Below, piece by piece: positions 27,147-36,682 of a stretch of 64,000 nt of DNA. The notes below the pieces were generated by a model that was given only the letters and a program-made list of their open reading frames with translations, had not been told where the DNA came from and did no database searches. Within the stretch, counting starts at the first letter, position 1; every line of letters starts with the position of its first letter. Where the stretch lies: positions 64,001 to 128,000 of IMG/VR virus record IMGVR_UViG_3300021963_004854; one strand, given 5' to 3'. A program made the position numbers and the translations under genes. This stretch comes from a virus.

Positions 27147-27565
27147 AACTATTCACAGCATTTTTAGCCGCTTCTCTAATTGCGACTCCCGCTCTAGCAG
27201 TAGAGCATTCGTGGAAGGTAACAAGAGTTATGGACGGCGACACAATCGAAGTCGAAGCTCCATGGGTACCAGCTCCAATTCCTCCGGTAATTAAAATCCG
27301 TGTATTGGGTGTTGATACTCCTGAAAAAGGTGGACGCGCACAGTGTCCTAAGGAAGCAGCGGCAGGTGAAGCAGCAACAAACTTTACTAAGTCTGTAATC
27401 AAACCCGGACAGGTTATTCAGGTTGACCTTAAAGAATGGGACAAGTTTGGTGGTCGTGTTCTTGGTTATGTAAAGTATAACGGCAAGGATTTGTCGGCTG
27501 AACTTATCAAGGGCGGACTTGCTCGTGCCTATATGGGCGAAAAGAAAGCATCATGGTGTAACTAA
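27143..27565 (+). CDS. Thermonuclease (SNase-like) with signal peptide
   Basis: VMDGDT, RVLGVDTPE, DKFGGRVL; N-terminal signal ending TPALA. Confidence 0.9.
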   Translation: MKLFTAFLAASLIATPALAVEHSWKVTRVMDGDTIEVEAPWVPAPIPPVIKIRVLGVDTPEKGGRAQCPKEAAAGEAATNFTKSVIKPGQVIQVDLKEWDKFGGRVLGYVKYNGKDLSAELIKGGLARAYMGEKKASWCN

Positions 27566-27626
27566 AACCTCTTTACTTTTGTCATGTTTTATAGTATATT
27601 AGTATTTGAATTGAAAAGAGGTTTAC

Positions 27627-30152
27627 ATGAAGTTTTATACCAGCGCACACCAATATGGCTCCAAGATTCTCGTTCGAGGTGTTCATAATGGTGTGCGCTT
27701 CAATCGTAGGGAAGACTTCTCTCCCACTCTCTATGTGAAGAGTAAAGAAGAAAGCATCCACAAGTCGCTGTATGGTGAGAACCTTCAGCCGATTGATTTC
27801 GAAACCAATAACGAAGCCAAAGAGTTTGTCCAAACATATGGTGAAGTCGATAACTTTGCCATCTATGGTCAGACTAACTTTGGCTATCAGTATATCACTC
27901 GCACTTTTCCCAAAGAAATTCAATGGGATATGAATGCGCTAAAGATACAGACTGTAGATATCGAAACGAAAACCGAGTTTGGTTTTCCTGATATCAATAA
28001 TCCCATCGAAGAGATTCTCCTCATCACGGTCAAGGACCTAGTTTCCCGTCAAATTATTACCTATGGTTGCGGAGACTTTGATGATAAGAACTCTGAAATT
28101 ATCAATAACCTTCGAGCTAGTGGTAATAAGTTTCTGTATGTCAAGTGTGACAATGAACGTGACCTATTAGAAACCTATGTCCGTTTCCATTCTGATAATC
28201 ATCCAGATATCATTACTGGTTGGAACGTTGAACTGTTCGATATTGCATATCTGATTGCCCGTGTAGAGCGACTGTTCAATGATGAAAATGCCACTAAGAA
28301 GAAGTTTTCTCCTTGGGGTCTTGTGCAGCGCAAGAACATGAACGTCATGGGTCGCGAGATGTTCACCTATGAAATGAAGGGTATTGCTGTTCTAGATTAC
28401 TTAGACCTCTTTAAGAAGTTCACATATTCTAACCAAGAGTCCTATAAGCTAGACCACATTGCTTCCGTAGAACTTGGTAAGAACAAGCTGGAAAATCCGT
28501 ATGAAAGTTTCCGTGAGTTTTATACCAAAGATTGGCAGCGGTTCGTTGAATACAACGTTGTTGACGTTGAAATTGTGGACGAACTTGAACGTAAGTTAAA
28601 GTTGATTGAACTTATTCTCACTATGGCATATGACGCCAAGTGTAATTACAATGACGTTTTCTCACAGGTTCGAACTTGGGATTGTATTATCTACAATCAC
28701 TTGTATGCCAAGAACATTCACATTCCACAGAAGCGTGACCAACAGGGCCGCGGCATCGAGGGTGCATTCGTCAAAGAACCTAAGCCAGGTAAGTATGACT
28801 GGGTTGTTTCGTTTGACGCAACTTCGCTATATCCTTCCATCATTATGCAGTATAACCAATCGCCCGAAACATTGGTGAATGGTACTGTATACGATACTAC
28901 TGTAAAGGGTCTTCTAAATCGTCAACATGATTTGTCTAGTCTTCAGGACCAAGACTATTGTATGACTGCGAATGGTTATTGTTATACTCGCACTAAGCAG
29001 GGTATCTTTCCTGAGATTGTTGAAAAGTTCTTTGATGACCGTCAACGCTACAAGAAGTTGATGATTGCGGCTCAGAAGGAATACGAGAGCACCAAGAATG
29101 AAAAGCTAAGAAACGATATTTCTAAATATAATAACTTCCAGATGGCAAGAAAGATTCAGTTGAACTCTCTCTTTGGTGCCATGGGTAATGAATACTTCCG
29201 TTACTATGATGCCCGCGTAGCAGAGGGTATCACCATGACTGGCCAGTTTATCATTCAAGAGGTTGGCAATGCTCTAAATGAATACCTTAATAAGGTTGTA
29301 GGTACCGAGAACCATGACTACTCTTTCTACTCTGATACTGATTCTTGTTACATTTCCTTGGACCCTCTTGTTCGTAAGTTTTATCCTAATGTGGACCGCG
29401 ATAAGCTCATTGATATTCTCGATAAAATCTGCGAAGAGAAAATCACAGAGGCAATCAACAAGAGTTGTGATCGACTTGCGAACTACACGAATGCATTTCA
29501 GAAGAAAATTATCTTCAAGCGTGAAGCAATCGCGGAACGTGGCATCTGGGTTGCAAAGAAACGGTATGCACTTAATGTCTATGACAACGAAGGCGTCCGT
29601 TACAAAGATCCGAAGCTCAAGGTCATGGGTCTCGAAATCGTTAGGTCATCGACGCCCGCGCCCGTTCGCACGAGTCTCAAAGAAGCCGTCAGACTCTGCC
29701 TGACTACAGATGAAGAGACACTACAGAAGTTCATTGAAGTTACCCGCGAGAACTTCAACAGACTTTCACCAGAAGAGATTGCGTTCCCTCGTGGTGTAAA
29801 TGGCCTACAGAAGTATACATCAACATCGGACATTTATGCCAAAGGTACACCGATGCATGTTCGTGGCGCCCTGATGTATAACCATCTAATCGCCAAGCAG
29901 AAACTTGATAAGAAGTATGAACTTATTCAAGAAGGTGAGAAGATTAAATTTCTTTATCTTAAAGAGCCAAATACAATTCGTGAAAATTGTATCGCTTTTC
30001 TTGGAACTATGCCAAAAGAACTTGACATTCACAAGTATATAGATTATAAGATGATGTTCCAGAAAGCATTTCTTGACCCACTTAATATGATTGTTGACGG
30101 CTTAGGCTGGTCGACCGAACCTAAAGCAACATTGGAGGACTTATTCGCATGA
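27627..30152 (+). CDS. gp43: Family B DNA polymerase
   Basis: DIET exo I, FDATSLYPS, KIQLNSLFG, YSDTDS, KKRY. Confidence 0.98.
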   Translation: MKFYTSAHQYGSKILVRGVHNGVRFNRREDFSPTLYVKSKEESIHKSLYGENLQPIDFETNNEAKEFVQTYGEVDNFAIYGQTNFGYQYITRTFPKEIQWDMNALKIQTVDIETKTEFGFPDINNPIEEILLITVKDLVSRQIITYGCGDFDDKNSEIINNLRASGNKFLYVKCDNERDLLETYVRFHSDNHPDIITGWNVELFDIAYLIARVERLFNDENATKKKFSPWGLVQRKNMNVMGREMFTYEMKGIAVLDYLDLFKKFTYSNQESYKLDHIASVELGKNKLENPYESFREFYTKDWQRFVEYNVVDVEIVDELERKLKLIELILTMAYDAKCNYNDVFSQVRTWDCIIYNHLYAKNIHIPQKRDQQGRGIEGAFVKEPKPGKYDWVVSFDATSLYPSIIMQYNQSPETLVNGTVYDTTVKGLLNRQHDLSSLQDQDYCMTANGYCYTRTKQGIFPEIVEKFFDDRQRYKKLMIAAQKEYESTKNEKLRNDISKYNNFQMARKIQLNSLFGAMGNEYFRYYDARVAEGITMTGQFIIQEVGNALNEYLNKVVGTENHDYSFYSDTDSCYISLDPLVRKFYPNVDRDKLIDILDKICEEKITEAINKSCDRLANYTNAFQKKIIFKREAIAERGIWVAKKRYALNVYDNEGVRYKDPKLKVMGLEIVRSSTPAPVRTSLKEAVRLCLTTDEETLQKFIEVTRENFNRLSPEEIAFPRGVNGLQKYTSTSDIYAKGTPMHVRGALMYNHLIAKQKLDKKYELIQEGEKIKFLYLKEPNTIRENCIAFLGTMPKELDIHKYIDYKMMFQKAFLDPLNMIVDGLGWSTEPKATLEDLFA

Positions 30153-31213
30153 ATGCGCTACTAGATAAATTGAAGAAGAACAGCACCATTAAAGAAACAA
30201 ATGTGCTATCAGAAAGCAAACTCTTTAGCACTAAGGATCTTATCCAGACCTCAGTGCCTGCCTTAAACGTGGCACTGTCAGGTAAGTTAGACGGTGGTCT
30301 GACTCCCGGGTTGACTGTCTTTGCGGGGCCATCGAAGCACTTCAAGACTGCCTTTGCCATGATGCTGGCTAAGAGTTTTCAGACAAAGTATCCCGATGGC
30401 ATCATTCTGTTCTATGACTCCGAGTTTGGTGCACCACAGTCATACTTTGAAAACTTTGGCATCGATACGGGTAAGGTTATCCATACACCTATCACCGACA
30501 TTGAACAGTTGAAGCATGATGTTATGAAACAGATTAATGAGATTGAACGTAAAGATAACGTCATGATCATTGTTGACTCTGTTGGCAACCTTGCTTCTAA
30601 GAAAGAAGTTGATGATGCCCTAGATGGTAAGTCGGTTGCAGATATGACTCGCGCCAAGCAGATGAAGTCTCTGTTCCGTATGATTACACCACATCTTACC
30701 ATCAAGGATCTCCCGATGGTAGTTGTCAATCATACTTACATGGAAATCGGTATGTTCCCCAAGGCAATCGTCTCTGGTGGCACTGGCATCTACTACTCTG
30801 CCGACAATATCTTTATCATTGGTCGCCAGCAAGAGAAGCAGGGTACCGAGATTGTTGGTTATAACTTTATCATCAACGTTGAAAAGTCTCGCTACGTTCG
30901 TGAGAAGTCCAAGATTCCTATCGAAGTTACCTTCGAAGGTGGTATCAGTAAGTGGTCTGGTCTGCTAGACATTGCACTAGAATCCGGTCACGTTATTAAG
31001 CCATCGAATGGTTGGTATCAGATTGCAACCGATGAGAAGAAGTATCGTCTTGCTGATACATACAACAAGGAATTCTGGATGCCTGTATTGACAGATCCTA
31101 CCTTTGGTGAATGGATTGAAAAGAGATACCGCATGGCAGGTGGGCAAATGATGGAGGGTGAAAATGTGGACATTTCTGACGAAGATATTTCAGAGGAATA
31201 CGAAAACCTGTGA
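30149..31213 (+). CDS. uvsX: RecA-like recombinase UvsX
   Basis: AGPSKHFKT, YDSEFG, DSVGNLASKKE, SGGTGIYYSA. Confidence 0.97.
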   Translation: MNALLDKLKKNSTIKETNVLSESKLFSTKDLIQTSVPALNVALSGKLDGGLTPGLTVFAGPSKHFKTAFAMMLAKSFQTKYPDGIILFYDSEFGAPQSYFENFGIDTGKVIHTPITDIEQLKHDVMKQINEIERKDNVMIIVDSVGNLASKKEVDDALDGKSVADMTRAKQMKSLFRMITPHLTIKDLPMVVVNHTYMEIGMFPKAIVSGGTGIYYSADNIFIIGRQQEKQGTEIVGYNFIINVEKSRYVREKSKIPIEVTFEGGISKWSGLLDIALESGHVIKPSNGWYQIATDEKKYRLADTYNKEFWMPVLTDPTFGEWIEKRYRMAGGQMMEGENVDISDEDISEEYENL

Positions 31214-31385
31214 GCATTGCGGTTGCGGCATCAATCCTAAGAAAGATGCCGCAATCTGCCTACACGGTGAAGAGCATGGCATTGTTTTCGAACAGTGGGT
31301 ATGCGAAGATTGCTGTATGAAAATCGCTTATGAATACGAAGCATATTATGAACTAGAGGACTCCGCAGTTGTCGAAGAAAATTGA
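31164..31385 (+). CDS. Small Cys-rich zinc-finger protein
   Basis: CEHC...CEDC; GGAGG SD; overlaps uvsX and gp41. Confidence 0.6.
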   Translation: MWTFLTKIFQRNTKTCEHCGCGINPKKDAAICLHGEEHGIVFEQWVCEDCCMKIAYEYEAYYELEDSAVVEEN

Positions 31386-32757
31386 AACGATTATCCTGAG
31401 TAAGTTGATTTCGGATGAGGATTACCTGCGTAAGGTAATCCCATTCATTAAAGATGAATATTTTACTGACAATGCCGAGAAGTTAATCTATCGGTATATC
31501 AATGAGTTTGTAGCCAAATATAATTCTCTTCCGACAATTGATGCTATCAACATTGCTCTACAGAATGACCGTAAGGTGAATGAAAAAGAGTATCAACATG
31601 TTACTGAAACTCTAACTGCACTTGATGATGAAGTAGATGCCAATGAGAAGTGGCTTCTAGACCAGACTGAAAAGTTCTGTAAAGACCGAGCCGTGTATAA
31701 CGCCATCATGCAATCTATTCAGATTATCGATGGGGAAGACAAGGTGCATTCGCAAGACGGCATCCCTTCTATTCTTCAAGATGCGCTATCAGTTGGCTTT
31801 GATAACAACGTGGGTCATGACTATATCGATAACGCCGACAATCGTTTTGACTTCTATCATCGGTCAGAAACCAAGCTACCGTTTGACCTTGAGATGTTCA
31901 ACAAGATTACCAATGGTGGTCTGCCAAATAAGACATTGAATATTGCTCTTGCTGGTACTGGTGTTGGTAAGTCGCTGTTCATGTGCCACATGGCAGCCGG
32001 TGCTTTGGGTCAGAACAAGAACGTTCTCTATATTACTCTTGAAATGGCCGAAGAACGTATCGCAGAACGTATCGATGCCAATTTGATGAACGTCAACATC
32101 CAAGAACTCAAAGACCTTTCGAAGTCCATGTTTGACCAACGCATTGCCAAGATTCGCTCAAAGACAGAAGGTCGTTTGATTGTCAAAGAATATCCAACTG
32201 CATCTGCCCACGTCGGACATTTCAAGGCACTATTGAACGAACTCCAGTTAAAGCGAAACTTCAAGCCAGATGTTATCTTCATTGACTACCTAAACATCTG
32301 TGCCTCTAGTCGATACAAAGCATCCTCTGGTGCCAACTCCTACACTGTCATTAAGGGTATCGCAGAAGAACTTCGTGGTCTGGCAGTAGAGTTTGATTTG
32401 CCTATCGTCTCCGCCACTCAGACAACCCGTAGTGGTTATGCCAACTCGGACGTTGAACTGACTGACACCTCAGAATCATTCGGTCTGCCAGCAACGGCTG
32501 ACTTGATGTTTGCTCTTATCGCAACAGAAGAACTTGACAAAATGGGTCAGTTGATGGTGAAGCAGTTGAAGAACCGATACAATGACCCTGCAATGAACAA
32601 GCGTTTCATGGTAGGTATTGACCGCGGTAAGATGAAACTCTATGATTTAGAAGACTCTGCCCAGGCTGGTATTACGGACTCAGGTCAAGATGATGTTCCT
32701 GTGTTTGAAAATACTACTATTGGAAAGCGTAGAGATTTTTCTAAATTTGATTTTTGA
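31369..32757 (+). CDS. gp41: Replicative DNA helicase
   Basis: AGTGVGKS, TLEMAEE, IDYLNI, SESFGLPATAD, KNRY. Confidence 0.97.
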   Translation: MSKKIETIILSKLISDEDYLRKVIPFIKDEYFTDNAEKLIYRYINEFVAKYNSLPTIDAINIALQNDRKVNEKEYQHVTETLTALDDEVDANEKWLLDQTEKFCKDRAVYNAIMQSIQIIDGEDKVHSQDGIPSILQDALSVGFDNNVGHDYIDNADNRFDFYHRSETKLPFDLEMFNKITNGGLPNKTLNIALAGTGVGKSLFMCHMAAGALGQNKNVLYITLEMAEERIAERIDANLMNVNIQELKDLSKSMFDQRIAKIRSKTEGRLIVKEYPTASAHVGHFKALLNELQLKRNFKPDVIFIDYLNICASSRYKASSGANSYTVIKGIAEELRGLAVEFDLPIVSATQTTRSGYANSDVELTDTSESFGLPATADLMFALIATEELDKMGQLMVKQLKNRYNDPAMNKRFMVGIDRGKMKLYDLEDSAQAGITDSGQDDVPVFENTTIGKRRDFSKFDF

Positions 32758-32795
32758 GTTGACAAACTCTTATAAATGTAGTATACAATAGTTAT

Positions 32796-32872
32796 GCGCC
32801 GTTAGCTCATCTGGATAGAGCGCGAGACTTCTAATCTTGAGGCAGCAGGTTCGAGTCCTGCACGGCGCACCA
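32796..32872 (+). tRNA. tRNA-Arg(TCT)
   Basis: Cloverleaf GCGCCGT/ACGGCGC, anticodon loop CTTCTAA, GTTCGAG, encoded CCA; promoter TTGACA-N17-TATACA at 32759. Confidence 0.95.
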
Positions 32873-32888
32873 GTTTTTAGGAAATAAT

Positions 32889-33239
32889 ATGGACGAATTG
32901 AATCTGAAACTTGTAGTATCCTCATTTGTTTGGGCAAATGTAGGAAGCGCCGACCTTCCATTATGGAAGACTGTTGGTGCAAAAGAATATATCGTCAAGT
33001 ATTTTACTGGTGACCCTACTTTTGAAATGATAAATGAAGAACTTGATAAGGTAGCTCATATGTTCGAGGGCGGCGATAACTCAGTTAGAGAAACTGTTGC
33101 TGGCTTCGAAGTATATTTTGCCGATGCTCCTACCAATTCAGAAATGTTTCAAATAAATTTAAACGGCGCTATTGACTTTCCTCCTATTGATCTTACTATG
33201 ATTGATGTTACAGAAGAAATGCAAACCATACTGCCCTAA
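32889..33239 (+). CDS. Hypothetical acidic protein
   Basis: 116-aa ORF with AGGA SD. Confidence 0.7.
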   Translation: MDELNLKLVVSSFVWANVGSADLPLWKTVGAKEYIVKYFTGDPTFEMINEELDKVAHMFEGGDNSVRETVAGFEVYFADAPTNSEMFQINLNGAIDFPPIDLTMIDVTEEMQTILP

Positions 33240-33242
33240 TAT

Positions 33243-33250
33243 TATAAATA
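33243..33250 (+). promoter_or_regulatory. T4-type late promoter TATAAATA
   Basis: Exact consensus before 33278 gene. Confidence 0.8.
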
Positions 33251-33277
33251 TAGGGTACACTATAGAGATGGACCCTT

Positions 33278-34411
33278 ATGTTATCACTTACACAATTCAT
33301 TACAGAGGCAACACACACCGGTGGTATTGCTCATATTGAGCATCCCTCTGATAGATCATTTGATAGTCAAGACGCTGCACACCACGCATTGGAAACTCTG
33401 CGTGGTGTTGCGCATGGGAAAACTCCTATCACTCGTAAGATTGATGATAGAATGTCCTTTCATGCTATTCGAACAGCGGACGGTAAGATCGGTGTAAAGT
33501 ATAAGGGTGCAGGTTCTCACTATAACTATTCTGCCTCAGATATTGAAAAGCAGCACGGCCATAAACCATATCTTGTTGGTCCTCTAAAGGCACTTCATGC
33601 CCATCTGGGTAAAGTTCTTCCTAAAAAGTCCGGTGAATATCAGGGTGGATATATGAGTGAACCTTCTGGAAGATCGGAATACTCCTCGCATATCTCACAC
33701 ACTCCTAACACAATTGAATATCGTGCAACTGCGGGTAGTGAAGAAGCGAAGAAGTTGAAGAGGTCTAAGGTCAGTGCCACTATTCATACGGAGCTAAAGG
33801 GTCCAGAAAGAACTGCACATCCTATCACGGACATGTCGCACTTTCAATCACATCCTGATGTTCATATGGTACAACATCTGGTATCAGATGAAGAGCGCAA
33901 ACTTCCTGCCGCTGTTAGGTCAAAAGCCACGGAGCATTTAGATGCCGCCGAGAAATTAATGAAGGGTCATACATATGACCATCTATCTGGTCATGAAATA
34001 CATCTAAGAACTTACATCAATAGAACAGTCACGAGTGGTGAAAAACCTTCTGTTGAAGGATACAGAAAGCATTTACAGGCGGCACACCAGAAACTAATAG
34101 ATGCCGTCAAGACTCCAGCCGCTAAAGAGCGCAAGACTGCTACTATGAATACTCATCTATATCAGGTAGATGCCAACAAAAAACAATTCGAAAGATCATT
34201 TCAAATTCACCACCATCTACAACAGGCAACAAATCATCTTGCTAGAGGATTAGACCGTGCTGGTGGGGGTGGGTTCTCGACACATATTAATGGTGCAGCC
34301 GCTGGCGGCGAAGGCTATGTCGCACATGGTCTTAAAGTTGTTGACCGTGAAGGCTTCTCGAAAGCTAATAGAGAACGTAGTGCAATTCTAAGAGCAAGCA
34401 AGGGTAAATAA
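33278..34411 (+). CDS. DUF6267-like (ligase-fold) His-rich protein with capsid-targeting-like N-terminus
   Basis: MLSLTQFITE; HIEHP, TPNTIEY, EGYV..KVVDREGFS; paired with cytidyltransferase as in other T4-like phages. Confidence 0.65.
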   Translation: MLSLTQFITEATHTGGIAHIEHPSDRSFDSQDAAHHALETLRGVAHGKTPITRKIDDRMSFHAIRTADGKIGVKYKGAGSHYNYSASDIEKQHGHKPYLVGPLKALHAHLGKVLPKKSGEYQGGYMSEPSGRSEYSSHISHTPNTIEYRATAGSEEAKKLKRSKVSATIHTELKGPERTAHPITDMSHFQSHPDVHMVQHLVSDEERKLPAAVRSKATEHLDAAEKLMKGHTYDHLSGHEIHLRTYINRTVTSGEKPSVEGYRKHLQAAHQKLIDAVKTPAAKERKTATMNTHLYQVDANKKQFERSFQIHHHLQQATNHLARGLDRAGGGGFSTHINGAAAGGEGYVAHGLKVVDREGFSKANRERSAILRASKGK

Positions 34412-35019
34412 TGGCTGACGTTCATCATCATATCACACAAGGTAGAATGAATCCGATTACAGTTGGACATGAAGCCGTTGTTAATCAGGTTCGTAGGGCT
34501 GCTGGTACACATGGGCATACGATTGTTCTTACTGGCACCCATGATGCTAAGAAGAATCCTTTGTCACCGGAACAGAAGTTGAAACATGCTAAGAGGGCAT
34601 TTCCAGGTGCGAATGTTCGTCTACTAGACAAAGAACATCCAACCCTTTTACATCAACTGTCAAGACTTCATAGCGAAGGTGTTACTCACTTACACTTACA
34701 TGTTGGTTCAGACCGCGCACACGAATTCCATGCACTCACACACAAGTATAATGGTAAAGAAGGCCGTCACGGCTATTACAAGTTTAAGAAGATTACCATT
34801 CATACGGTAGGTAAAGAACGTTCGGATGAGGACACTGGTGTAGCAGGTGCTTCCGGCACAAAGATGCGCCAACATGCAGTCGCTGGTAACGAAAAAGAAT
34901 TCCATAAGATGGCACCAAGTGCCATGTCAACTAAGCATAAACACGAACTCTATAAAGATGTTCGCCGTGGTATGGGGCTCCATGAAGCAATGTCCTTCAA
35001 AACGTTTTTAGGAGTCTAA
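34411..35019 (+). CDS. Cytidyltransferase-like (HxGH-family) nucleotidyltransferase, His-rich
   Basis: GRMNPITVGH, KNPL, VGSDR, SGTKMR. Confidence 0.85.
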   Translation: MADVHHHITQGRMNPITVGHEAVVNQVRRAAGTHGHTIVLTGTHDAKKNPLSPEQKLKHAKRAFPGANVRLLDKEHPTLLHQLSRLHSEGVTHLHLHVGSDRAHEFHALTHKYNGKEGRHGYYKFKKITIHTVGKERSDEDTGVAGASGTKMRQHAVAGNEKEFHKMAPSAMSTKHKHELYKDVRRGMGLHEAMSFKTFLGV

Positions 35020-35020
35020 T

Positions 35021-35866
35021 ATGGCACAATGGAAAGTAGATGATCAAGAAATGGAATCTCCACATCGTCTGGAGACCATGGCTATTGGCCTGAAAGATGG
35101 TTCTATTGTTGAAGAAACCAATCCTTTTCCAGTAACGCTTGCAGGTGGCGCCGCGGTATCTGAAAATAGCACCTTCGGATTGAATGTTGCTCGTGGTCTT
35201 GTTCCTGGTATGTCAGGGGTGTTCAAGGCAGGATACAACGCAGCGTTTGCCAATGGCACAGAAGAAAGTTTCTGGTCGCACTCTGAAATATATCCTTGGT
35301 CGGCATGGTCGACACCAGGAACGTTAAGTCTTGTTAGTTCCTCTACCAGTGATACAGGAACAATTCTTATTCAGGGATTGAATGCATCTACATTTGCATC
35401 ACAAACTGAAACCATAACTCTTAACGGCACAACTCCTGTTGTCACCTCTCTTTCTTATGCTCGTTTGAATTACCTACATTACAGTGAAACATCGAATACA
35501 AATGTTGGTGAAATCCATGCTAACAGAAATGGAACCTGCGTGGGTCATATTGCACCGCAAACAGGTATTGCGCAGGGCGCACAATATACAATCCCTGCTG
35601 GATATACTGGATACATGTTGCAAGGTACTGCGAATATCGGTAAGGGTAATGACGGCAAAGGATACTTCAAGTATCGTCCATATGGTTCGTCGTTTCAACA
35701 TGCAATGACATTCTTATTATATCAGTCAACCTTTGATTATACATTTGCTGTTCCACTTCCTCTACCTGAAAAGACCGATTTAGATGTTACGATGATTTCA
35801 TCAAACTCTGGCACTGCGGCAACCTGCGAATATAGTTTACTATTAATTCAAAACCCGGTGGAATAA
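35021..35866 (+). CDS. Putative virion structural protein
   Basis: Ser/Thr/Gly-rich beta pattern, YTIPAGYTGY; late operon. Confidence 0.6.
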   Translation: MAQWKVDDQEMESPHRLETMAIGLKDGSIVEETNPFPVTLAGGAAVSENSTFGLNVARGLVPGMSGVFKAGYNAAFANGTEESFWSHSEIYPWSAWSTPGTLSLVSSSTSDTGTILIQGLNASTFASQTETITLNGTTPVVTSLSYARLNYLHYSETSNTNVGEIHANRNGTCVGHIAPQTGIAQGAQYTIPAGYTGYMLQGTANIGKGNDGKGYFKYRPYGSSFQHAMTFLLYQSTFDYTFAVPLPLPEKTDLDVTMISSNSGTAATCEYSLLLIQNPVE

Positions 35867-36115
35867 ATGACTGGACTATTATCATATATAAAAGATATGA
35901 TGAGCGACGGTGGTAATCCATCGACTAAGCGTTGGGTTGCAGTTGTATCTACTCTGCTTATCGCCATAGGCTACATCGCAAATCTATTCTGGGACTACAC
36001 TATCGAAGAGTTTATCTTCAACGGTGTAATGTATATTGTTATCGGCACTCTTGGTATTACTGGTGTAGAAAAGTTTGCACCTAAAAAACCTACTAAGAAG
36101 TCAGAAGAAGAATAA
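35867..36115 (+). CDS. Putative holin (2 TM, charged C-tail)
   Basis: PSTKRW then two TM segments; immediately upstream of spanins. Confidence 0.6.
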   Translation: MTGLLSYIKDMMSDGGNPSTKRWVAVVSTLLIAIGYIANLFWDYTIEEFIFNGVMYIVIGTLGITGVEKFAPKKPTKKSEEE

Positions 36116-36125
36116 GGAATTAAAT

Positions 36126-36638
36126 ATGTTCGGTATGATCCCTCTACCATATAAATTATTAGCAGGCGCTGCCCTAATACTTGGTGTATTTGTATTCGGT
36201 TACATGAAGGGTTCAGCATATGCCGAAGCAGAACTTCAACGATTTTCTGCAAAACAAAGTAAAGTTATTGCCGCCCTTGAAAAGAAGAACAGTGAAATAT
36301 CAAACACAGTAGTAACAGAATATGTTGACCGTGTTAATACTATTAAGGAAAAAGAATATGTCTATCGTAACCTCGCTCAAACTAGTGTTCCTAGCCAGCA
36401 CGATATGTCTAACGGCTGGGTGTTCACGCACGACTCTAGTGCCAGTGCCAGTGATGCCGACCCCACCAGAGCTTCTGATGCGTCCCCCTCAGGAATTACA
36501 GACACTACGGCCCTCCTCGCCATCATCGGCAACTACTCCAGATGCCTGCAAAACAGTCAACAACTTGAAGGTTTGCAAAGATGGGTCAACGACAATAAAC
36601 GGGCAGTAGACGAAGCCGCAGCAAAATCTAAGAAGTAA
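36126..36638 (+). CDS. Inner-membrane spanin (Rz-like)
   Basis: N-terminal TM, coiled coil, single late Cys; hosts embedded lipoprotein gene. Confidence 0.8.
   Translation: MFGMIPLPYKLLAGAALILGVFVFGYMKGSAYAEAELQRFSAKQSKVIAALEKKNSEISNTVVTEYVDRVNTIKEKEYVYRNLAQTSVPSQHDMSNGWVFTHDSSASASDADPTRASDASPSGITDTTALLAIIGNYSRCLQNSQQLEGLQRWVNDNKRAVDEAAAKSKK
36358..36609 (+). CDS. Outer-membrane spanin lipoprotein (Rz1-like), embedded in +1 frame
   Basis: AAGGA SD, signal peptide with lipobox LTAG|C (Cys codon 36421), Pro-rich mature part, two more Cys. Confidence 0.8.
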   Translation: MSIVTSLKLVFLASTICLTAGCSRTTLVPVPVMPTPPELLMRPPQELQTLRPSSPSSATTPDACKTVNNLKVCKDGSTTINGQ

Positions 36639-36642
36639 ATAT

Positions 36643-36650
36643 TATAAATA
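36643..36650 (+). promoter_or_regulatory. T4-type late promoter TATAAATA
   Basis: Exact consensus before 869-aa gene. Confidence 0.8.
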
Positions 36651-36682
36651 GGGGTATAGAGTTTAAACTTGGAGACCCCTAC

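Noticed and set aside
32770-32982. 70-aa minus-strand ORF
   Set aside because: Antisense to tRNA-Arg and the following gene
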